This document shows positions 48,544-55,305 of a stretch of DNA of 64,000 nucleotides, one piece after another. Below the pieces are notes generated by a model that was not told the origin of the DNA, ran no database searches, and saw only the letters and a list, made by a program, of their open reading frames with translations. Numbering within the stretch: position 1 is the stretch's first letter; the number at the start of each line of letters is the position of its first letter. The translations under genes were made by a program, and so were the position numbers. The DNA is from Gemmatimonadales bacterium (GTDB taxonomy: Bacteria; Gemmatimonadota; Gemmatimonadetes; Gemmatimonadales; GWC2-71-9): NCBI GenBank assembly GCA_035763805.1, contig DASUAL010000092.1, positions 26,386-90,385 of the forward strand. Direction: 5' to 3'.

Positions 48544-49298
48544 CGGTCCGCCCATGCGGGTGAGCGTTTCTCGACGAATGCGAGCAGCCCCTCGAGCGCG
48601 TCCTGGGTCGTCATCACGCTATGCAGGTACAGTTCCCCCCGCTCCCGCAGCCCGGCGGCGCTCGCCTCCGCTTCGCCTCCCCTCAGCGCGCGCTTCGCGA
48701 GCCGCAGAGTGGCGGCGGAATGCCGGGCGATCCGGCCCGCCACGGCGAGCGTCGCCTGCGCCAGCTGGTCGTCGGGAACCACCCGGCGCACGAGCCCCAC
48801 CCGCGCCGCCTCCGCCGCAGTGAGCGGATCGCCGCCGTACACGAGCTCGGCCGCGACCCCGCGCCCGACGCGCGTGGGGAGCAGGGCGCACGCCGCGGGC
48901 GGGATGACGCCGAGCAGGATCTCGGGCTGGCCGAAAACGGCGCCGTCGCCTGCGACGATGATGTCGGCGGCCTGCACCAGCTCGAACCCGCCGCCGAGGC
49001 AACGGCCTTGCACGGCCGCGATCACGGGTAGCGGAAAGGCGTCGAGGGCGGCGATCGTATCCATGAACTCGGGGATCAGCCCGGTGTGCTCGGGGGGTAA
49101 GTGCTCCCGCACGTCGGCGCCGGCGGAGAAATGCTTCCCCGCGGCCGAGAGCAGCAGCACCCGCAGCCCGGGCTCGACGGCGAGCGCGGCGAGCCCGGCC
49201 CGGAAGCGCGCGAGCACGTCCCGGGTGAGGATGTTGACCGGCGGATGGTCGAGCGTGAGCCGGCCGATGGCTCCGTCGAGCGCGCGGGTGACGGTCAT
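48540..49298 (-). CDS. Enoyl-CoA hydratase/isomerase (crotonase); Dch-like candidate
   Basis: '[11 protein letters not shown]', '[15 protein letters not shown]', '[16 protein letters not shown]'. Confidence 0.85.
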   Translation of the reverse strand: MTVTRALDGAIGRLTLDHPPVNILTRDVLARFRAGLAALAVEPGLRVLLLSAAGKHFSAGADVREHLPPEHTGLIPEFMDTIAALDAFPLPVIAAVQGRCLGGGFELVQAADIIVAGDGAVFGQPEILLGVIPPAACALLPTRVGRGVAAELVYGGDPLTAAEAARVGLVRRVVPDDQLAQATLAVAGRIARHSAATLRLAKRALRGGEAEASAAGLRERGELYLHSVMTTQDALEGLLAFVEKRSPAWADR

Positions 49299-49302
49299 GG
49301 CG

Positions 49303-50025
49303 TCAGGCGGGTGCCCCCGCCCCGTTGACCAGCTGGCCGCCGTCCACGGGGAGGACGACGCCCGTGACGAATCCCGCGGCCTCGGTGCACAGGAACCGGA
49401 CGACGGCGGCGACGTCGCTCGCCGCGCCGAACCGGCCGAGCGGGGTGCGCGCGAGGGCCCGGGCCCGGATGCCCGCGGGGAGGTCCCGCGTCATCGCCGT
49501 GTCGATGAACCCGGGTGCCACGACGTTCACCGTCACGCCGTCGCGCGCCAGCTCGAGCGCGAGTGAGCGCGCGAGCCCCCCGAGGCCCGCTTTCGCCGCG
49601 GCGTAGTTCGTCTGGCCGAACGAGCCGCGCAGGCCGTTGATCGAGCTGATGAACACGAGGCGGCCCTGGCGCGACCGCCGCAGCGCCGGCGCCGCGGCGC
49701 GGGCGGTGTTGAACGCCCCCGTCAGGTTCACCGCCAGCACGTCGTCCCAGTCGGCGTCGGACATCTTCCAGCTCACCTGGTCCCGCGTGATCCCCGCCGC
49801 GCACACGACCCAGTCTACGCCCCCCCGCTCCTCGCCAAGTCGCTCCATTGCCCGGCTCATGGCCCCCCGGTCCGCGACGTCCGCTTGCTCGACGAGACTC
49901 GCCGCTCCCGCTCCCTCGGGAAACGCCAGGTCGATCCCGGCCACCCACGCGTCGCCCGCGAGCGCCTCGACGACGGCGCGCCCGATGCCCCGCCCCGCGC
50001 CGGTTACGAGAGCGGTGCGCCGCAT
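49303..50025 (-). CDS. Short-chain dehydrogenase/reductase (FabG-like)
   Basis: 'ALVTGAGRGIGRA', 'SSINGLRGSFGQTNYAAAKAG' (YxxxK), 'NVVAPGFIDT'. Confidence 0.85.
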   Translation of the reverse strand: MRRTALVTGAGRGIGRAVVEALAGDAWVAGIDLAFPEGAGAASLVEQADVADRGAMSRAMERLGEERGGVDWVVCAAGITRDQVSWKMSDADWDDVLAVNLTGAFNTARAAAPALRRSRQGRLVFISSINGLRGSFGQTNYAAAKAGLGGLARSLALELARDGVTVNVVAPGFIDTAMTRDLPAGIRARALARTPLGRFGAASDVAAVVRFLCTEAAGFVTGVVLPVDGGQLVNGAGAPA

Positions 50026-51062
50026 GCGCCGCAGAACCGATGATCCACCGGCAGCCCCGTCGCGCCGCAGCGGCCGCAGGACTTGACCGCCGCGCCCCAG
50101 GGCGCCTCAGCGGACAAACCCCGCGCGGCGCGCTCGCGCAGCAGGGCGTAGCGCGGCGCGCGCTTCTCCACGAAGGCCTGCATCCCCTCGACCGGCTCCC
50201 AGCACGCGTAGTGGAGCGCCAGCCAGTCCTGCGCGTGCCGCACAGTCGAGTGCCACACGAAATCCTTGAGGACGTTGGTCTGCTGCTTGGTATAGCGCGC
50301 GCACTCGGGGAACGACGCGAGCACGCGGCGGGCGACGTCGTCCACGAGCGCGTCGAGCCGCGACAGGTCCACGCAGAACCCGTCCTCCCCGCGCTGCGCC
50401 TTGCGGATGTCGTCGGGGGTCGCGGCGTCCACCCAAGTGTCCCCCCGCCGCACGCTGGGAACCACCCAGTTCGCGAGACCCCAAGCGAGGGCCTGCGCCG
50501 CCGGAATCGGCTCGTTGAGGTAGAGGATCTCACGCGCCCGCTTGTCGCCCACGACCAGCGGGAGCCATTGCGTCGCGCCACCGCACGCGACCGAACCGAC
50601 GTGCGTCCCCACCTGCTTCAGGTAGGCGTGCTGGGCCATCACCGTGAGATCGCAGGCGAGCTGGCTCTCGTTGCCGCCGCCCACCGCCATCCCGTTGATG
50701 CGCGCAATGACCGGCTTGCCGCTGTTGAGGATGCTCTCGATGTAGGCGCGGAACAGCGCCATGTACTTCCAGTAGTCGCGCGGGGTGGCGACGTAGGTAC
50801 TGGCGTACTCCTTGACGTCGCCGCCGGTACAGAAGGCGCGGTCGCCCGCTCCGGTGAGCACGATCACGCCCACGGCGTCGTCGAAGCTCGCATCGCGGAA
50901 GGCGGCGGCGAGCTCCTCGAGCGCGGGCGTGGAGTAGGCGTTGTAGTGCTGGGGCCGGTTGATCGTGATCCGCGCGACGCCGTCGGCCTTCGCGTACAGC
51001 ACCTCGCGGAAGGCGAACGATTCGGCGGACCGGCTGTCGAACGCTCTCGTGGTCATGGTCAC
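50004..51062 (-). CDS. Long crotonase-family protein (ring-hydrolase Oah/BamA- or BadI/MenB-like) with C-terminal zinc ribbon
   Basis: GTGA overlap with tetR. 'ITINRPQHYNAY', 'VLTGAGDRAFCTGGDV', 'INGMAVGGGNE'. Tail 'CGRCGATGLPVDHRFCGACGAPL'. Confidence 0.7.
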   Translation of the reverse strand: MTMTTRAFDSRSAESFAFREVLYAKADGVARITINRPQHYNAYSTPALEELAAAFRDASFDDAVGVIVLTGAGDRAFCTGGDVKEYASTYVATPRDYWKYMALFRAYIESILNSGKPVIARINGMAVGGGNESQLACDLTVMAQHAYLKQVGTHVGSVACGGATQWLPLVVGDKRAREILYLNEPIPAAQALAWGLANWVVPSVRRGDTWVDAATPDDIRKAQRGEDGFCVDLSRLDALVDDVARRVLASFPECARYTKQQTNVLKDFVWHSTVRHAQDWLALHYACWEPVEGMQAFVEKRAPRYALLRERAARGLSAEAPWGAAVKSCGRCGATGLPVDHRFCGACGAPLS

Positions 51063-51673
51063 CGACGGGTGAGGCCGCCGACCAGATGGGCGGCGAATGC
51101 AGCCCCGAGCTGCGGAGCGCGTAGCGAACCGTCGGGGCGATACCAGCGCGCGATCCAGTTGATGGCGCCGAGGATGGCGAAGACCGCCGTCTTGGGGTTC
51201 ACGCTGCGGAACTCCCCGGCTTTCACTGCGCGGGCGACGAGGCGCCGCAACTCCCGTTCATAGCGGTCACGCAGCGCGACGATCTCGGCCTGGTGCGCCG
51301 GGGTGAGCGCCGTGACTTCGAACGCGAGCGGTGACCCCTCGAGCGTGTCGGTCATCACGCGCACGTGCTCCCGCACCAGGTACGCCAGCCGGTCGGCGGG
51401 ACCGTCGTAGCGGGCGCGCGCCTGTTCGAGTAGGCGCGCGACTTCCACCAGGGACTCGCGGTGGCACGCGTACAGAATCGACTCCTTGTCGGGGAAGTAG
51501 TGGTACAGGGCGGTCTTGTGCACGCGGAGCCGTACGGCGATCTGGTCGAGGGTGGTGGCGTGGTACCCCTTCTCGCGAAACGCCCGCAGGGCGGAGTGCA
51601 GGATCTCGGCTCGCCGCCGGCGCCGCTTTTCCCGGATCCGGGGGGACAGCGTTGCCTGCGCGCCATCGGGCAT
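51059..51673 (-). CDS. TetR/AcrR-family transcriptional regulator
   Basis: HTH 'KGYHATTLDQIAVRLRVHKTALYHYFPDKESIL'. Confidence 0.85.
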   Translation of the reverse strand: MPDGAQATLSPRIREKRRRRRAEILHSALRAFREKGYHATTLDQIAVRLRVHKTALYHYFPDKESILYACHRESLVEVARLLEQARARYDGPADRLAYLVREHVRVMTDTLEGSPLAFEVTALTPAHQAEIVALRDRYERELRRLVARAVKAGEFRSVNPKTAVFAILGAINWIARWYRPDGSLRAPQLGAAFAAHLVGGLTRR

Positions 51674-51827
51674 CCTGGGCCTCCGAGCGGAGAAATGGGG
51701 TTGACCGGCCGTTCAAAAATTCAACGTCCGTTGAGAGAATGCAGGCTCGCGCGTGAAGGGAGGATGAAACGAGGATGAGGGGCTGCCCCACCACCGCCCC
51801 AGGCGTTGAGCTCTCGATGCGCGGGAT

Positions 51828-52313
51828 CTACAGGCCGAGCGCCAGGGCGGCCCCCTCGTGCTCCAGCAGCCAGCGCTTGCGGTCCAGGCCGCCGCCGAAG
51901 CCCGTCAGCTCGCCGCGCGCTCCGACCACGCGGTGGCAGGGGACGATGATGGGGATGGGGTTCTTCCCGTTGGCGGCGCCGACCGCGCGGGTGGTGCGGC
52001 GGTCGCCGAGGCGGCGGGCCAGCTCGCCGTAGCTCACCGTCGTGCCGTAGGGGATGGCGCGCAGGGCGTCCCATACGCGCCGCTGAAACGGCGTGCCGGC
52101 GGGGCTCAAGGGCAGGTCGAAGGTCGTGCGCGTTCCGGCGAAGTACTCGTCCAACTGTTGCCGGGCGCGCGCGAGGAGGGTGCCGGCGGGACCGCGACCG
52201 TCGGCTTCAACCCGATCCGCCCGCCGGGAGATCGGGAAGGAGACCGCGGTGAGCCCCGCGTCCGAGGCCGTGACGACGAGCTCGCCGAGGGGGCTGGGGA
52301 CGCGAATGAACAT
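51828..52313 (-). CDS. ogt: Methylated-DNA--protein-cysteine methyltransferase
   Basis: 'IPYGTTVSYGELA', active site 'IIVPCHRVV', 'GFGGGLDRKRWLLEHE'. Confidence 0.85.
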   Translation of the reverse strand: MFIRVPSPLGELVVTASDAGLTAVSFPISRRADRVEADGRGPAGTLLARARQQLDEYFAGTRTTFDLPLSPAGTPFQRRVWDALRAIPYGTTVSYGELARRLGDRRTTRAVGAANGKNPIPIIVPCHRVVGARGELTGFGGGLDRKRWLLEHEGAALALGL

Positions 52314-52329
52314 CGTGGGAGCGGTCCGT

Positions 52330-53520
52330 TCAGGCTTCGTCGTGCTTCCGACGCTTGTCCCGGTACAGGGCGCGGTCGGCCCGCTCGAGCAGGCCGGCGA
52401 CCGAGCTCAGGGTGCTCGCCTTGTGCGACGCGAAACCCAGGCTGATCGAGAGCTGATACGGGCGCGCCGCGCGGCGGTTGAACTCGCGCACCTGTCGCTT
52501 CAGTCGGTCCGCGAGGACGCCGGGGCTCTCGGTCCCCGCGTGGCGCACGAGCACCGCGTATTCGTCGCCGCCGATCCGGGCGACGAGGTCCGAGTCGCGA
52601 AACGTCTGCCGCAGGACGACGGCGGTGTCGCGCAGCGCGCGATCACCGACCGCGTGGCCCGCCGTGTCGTTCACGCGCTTGAGATCGTCCAGGTCGGCGA
52701 ACGCCACGAGCAGCGTCTCGTCGCCGCGGCGCGCGAGACGGAGATCCCGCGCCGCGAGCGTCAGGAACCCCCGCCGGTTGTACAACCCGGTCAAATCGTC
52801 GACGAGCGCCAGGTCCAGGAGCGCGGCACGGAGTCGGTTCCGCTCGATCGCGTGGCGCAGCGCCCGGGCGAGGAGCTCGCCGTCGACGGCGCCTTTCACG
52901 AGGACGTCCTGGGCGCCGGCGCGCACCGCTTCGAGCCCACGGCGCTCATCGTCCGTGTCCGAGAGAAAGAGGAATGGCACGGCAGGTGCGAGCGCGCGCA
53001 GCTCCGCGAACGTCGCGAAGCCGCGGCGGGCGGAGAGCGACATGACGAGGAGTACGACGTCGACTCCGCCCTTCGCCAACCGGGCGAGCGACGCCTGCGG
53101 CGCCGCCGCCGCCACGCCGAACTGGTCCCGGGCCGCGCCGTCCAGGAGCTCCCGCACCCAGCGGGCTTGATCGTCCTGGTCGCTCACCACCAGCACGACG
53201 GGCCTGTCGCGCGACCCAGCCTCCGCCTGGCGCCGGGGACCGCGCTGACGGCGATCAGCGCCCTGCCGCCGGTCGAGCTGATCGCGCCGCTCCTCGAGGA
53301 GCGGGACGACCTCCAGGCGGCGCTCGCCGATCCGACGCTCGATGTCACTTCGGCGGGGCGGAAGCAGCCGCCGCTCGGCGGCGTGGTGCTGCTCGCGCGC
53401 GACCATCCCATGTCTCCTGTGCTCCGGCACCTGCAAGATGGGGGACCAGCCCCCTGCTACACAATCGTGCGCATAGCCTTCATCCATCCTCCGGGGCGCC
53501 CAACCCTGCGACCTCGCCAC
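52330..53520 (-). CDS. Diguanylate cyclase (GGDEF) with pseudo-receiver domain and Arg-rich N-terminus
   Basis: 'DDLTGLYNRRGF', 'RIGGDEYAVL'. Receiver-like segment with 'VVLLVMSLS' (acceptor Asp position is Val). Start uncertain (53520/53487/53406). Confidence 0.8.
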   Translation of the reverse strand: MARSQGWAPRRMDEGYAHDCVAGGWSPILQVPEHRRHGMVAREQHHAAERRLLPPRRSDIERRIGERRLEVVPLLEERRDQLDRRQGADRRQRGPRRQAEAGSRDRPVVLVVSDQDDQARWVRELLDGAARDQFGVAAAAPQASLARLAKGGVDVVLLVMSLSARRGFATFAELRALAPAVPFLFLSDTDDERRGLEAVRAGAQDVLVKGAVDGELLARALRHAIERNRLRAALLDLALVDDLTGLYNRRGFLTLAARDLRLARRGDETLLVAFADLDDLKRVNDTAGHAVGDRALRDTAVVLRQTFRDSDLVARIGGDEYAVLVRHAGTESPGVLADRLKRQVREFNRRAARPYQLSISLGFASHKASTLSSVAGLLERADRALYRDKRRKHDEA

Positions 53521-53602
53521 CCCGCTGTCAATTCCAGCGCTGCGCCTTGACCGGCAGCGGGGCGTTCCCTACTGTGGACCACCCTCCAACGCTCTCGACA
53601 AG

Positions 53603-54235
53603 GTGACCATGCGCCGGGTTTCCCGCACGCTGGCCGCCGTCGTCTTGCTCCTCCTCGTTTCCAGCTGCGGTGGGCACAAGATCCTCGTGCCGCCGCGGCT
53701 CGACCTGCGGCCGTATGCGAAGGTCGGGCTCGTGACGTTCACCGTGGAGAACGCCAAGGGCTCGCTGCATCAGTTCGCCACCGAGCGGTTCGCCGAGCGG
53801 GTGCTGGCGGCTCAGCCGGGGATCGAGATGCTCGAGCTCGGCTCGGTCGATACCGTGCTGCAGCGGGTGGGCGAGAAGGACCTGGGCATCGCCGGCGCGC
53901 AGGCGCTGGGGAGAGCGCGCAACGTCGGCGCCGTGTTCGCCGGTCACCTGAAGGTCACGGATCCCCAGGGAAGCGGTGGGATCGCAGGGCTCCGGACCCC
54001 CCATCTCGAGGCGACGGTGCGCGTGGACCTCACGGTGCGGCTGCTGTCCAGCCAGTCGGGCGGCACCGTGTGGCGCTCGAGCGCCTGGGCTACCGAGAAG
54101 GTGGGCCAGGTCGCGCTGGTGGGCGGCCAGCTGGACTTCCAGGCGCGCGATCCGAAGCAGGCATACGGACGGATGGTGAACCGCCTCATCAATCTGGTGA
54201 CGCAGGACATGTGGTCCACCTGGCAGAAGCGGTGA
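53603..54235 (+). CDS. Lipoprotein (hypothetical)
   Basis: 'MRRVSRTLAAVVLLLLVSSCGG' lipobox-like. The antisense 255-aa ORF was rejected. Confidence 0.6.
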   Translation: MTMRRVSRTLAAVVLLLLVSSCGGHKILVPPRLDLRPYAKVGLVTFTVENAKGSLHQFATERFAERVLAAQPGIEMLELGSVDTVLQRVGEKDLGIAGAQALGRARNVGAVFAGHLKVTDPQGSGGIAGLRTPHLEATVRVDLTVRLLSSQSGGTVWRSSAWATEKVGQVALVGGQLDFQARDPKQAYGRMVNRLINLVTQDMWSTWQKR

Positions 54236-54403
54236 TCGCCAGCACCTTGCCGACTCGAGCGCCGGCGGGCTAGCTTGGGTCAGGATGACCCCCACCGCTC
54301 GTCGCGCGACCTGCTGTTGTTGTCCTCTCTATTCCCTGCAGGGAGGGTGAGCGATGACGGTGTAGGCGCGAGGGTAGCGTTTAAGTAGGCGCCAGTTCCC
54401 CGG

Positions 54404-54450
54404 ATCGGCCGCGACACTCTCCAAGAGCGTCGCGGCCGATTTCCTTTTTC
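54404..54450 (+). terminator. Intrinsic-terminator-like hairpin (12-bp stem) + T-tract, just upstream of the carbonic anhydrase RBS
   Basis: 'atcggccgcgac' 54404-54415 pairs with 'gtcgcggccgat' 54429-54440. 13-nt loop, then 'ttcctttttc'. Confidence 0.55.
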
Positions 54451-54464
54451 ATGGAGGAGGCTAT

Positions 54465-54986
54465 ATGAGCGTCATCGATGACGTGCAACAAGCGAACCGC
54501 CGGTTTGCGGAAGGCTTTCGGCTGGGCCATTTGCCCCTCCCCCCCGCCAAAAAGCTCGCCATCGTCGCGTGCATGGACGCGCGACTCACGGTCGAGCCGG
54601 CGCTGGGCCTGAAGACGGGAGACGCTCACATCATCCGCAACGCGGGCGGCATCGTGACGGACGACGTGATCCGCTCGCTCCTGATCTCACATTATCTGCT
54701 CGGCACCGAGGAGTGGATGATCGTCAACCACACCGACTGCGGGATGCTCACCTTCAAGGACGAGGAGCTGGTCGCGAAGCTGCGCGCGGAATGGGACACC
54801 ACGGCGGTGACGCCGGCTCACTTCCACGCGTTCAGCGATTTGGAGGAGAACGTGCGACACCAGATCCAGAAGCTGCAGTCGCACCCGTGGGTGCCGAACG
54901 ACATCCCGGTACGGGGGTTCATCTACGACGTCCGGAGCGGCACGTTGAACGAGGTTGCGGAGGCGGTGAGTCCGGCGATCCGCTGA
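54465..54986 (+). CDS. Beta-class carbonic anhydrase
   Basis: RBS 'ggaggagg'. 'IVACMDARL' (CxDxR), 'IIRNAGG', 'VNHTDCGM' (HxxC). Confidence 0.85.
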   Translation: MSVIDDVQQANRRFAEGFRLGHLPLPPAKKLAIVACMDARLTVEPALGLKTGDAHIIRNAGGIVTDDVIRSLLISHYLLGTEEWMIVNHTDCGMLTFKDEELVAKLRAEWDTTAVTPAHFHAFSDLEENVRHQIQKLQSHPWVPNDIPVRGFIYDVRSGTLNEVAEAVSPAIR

Positions 54987-54996
54987 GTGACGAGCT

Positions 54997-55026
54997 CCGG
55001 GAGGCGGCGATACCGCCGCCTCCCGG
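54997..55026. terminator. GC hairpin (13-bp stem, 4-nt loop) between convergent genes; no clear U-tract
   Basis: 'ccgggaggcggcg' atac 'cgccgcctcccgg', 11 nt after the carbonic anhydrase stop. Confidence 0.35.
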
Positions 55027-55305
55027 CAGTCAGATCCGTTGCCGCTCCACTTGCCGCTTCTCTCCGCTCGCTGTTGGATCGGCGCGAGGGCCGCGTTCAG
55101 GTCGGCAACCCAGCGGGGGTGGGGGCTAACACGCACTGCTCATGTCTCCCGGCGCACTTCGTGGTGCTTTTCGCTGCAGCCGACAGGCCTCGCTCACGCG
55201 ACCCCTGTGGAGCAGGGGCATGACGTCGATGATGAGAAAAGCAGAAACAGTTTGTCGAGGCCCCGGCGTTGACGCAACGCTCTGGGTGTTGCACGGATGC
55301 AACGA

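Noticed and set aside
53528-54295. 255-aa ORF antisense to the lipoprotein gene, and the 82-aa ORF 54381..54629 antisense to the carbonic anhydrase start.
   Set aside because: They have no motifs and typical off-frame composition. The sense-strand genes have a lipobox signal and carbonic anhydrase motifs respectively.
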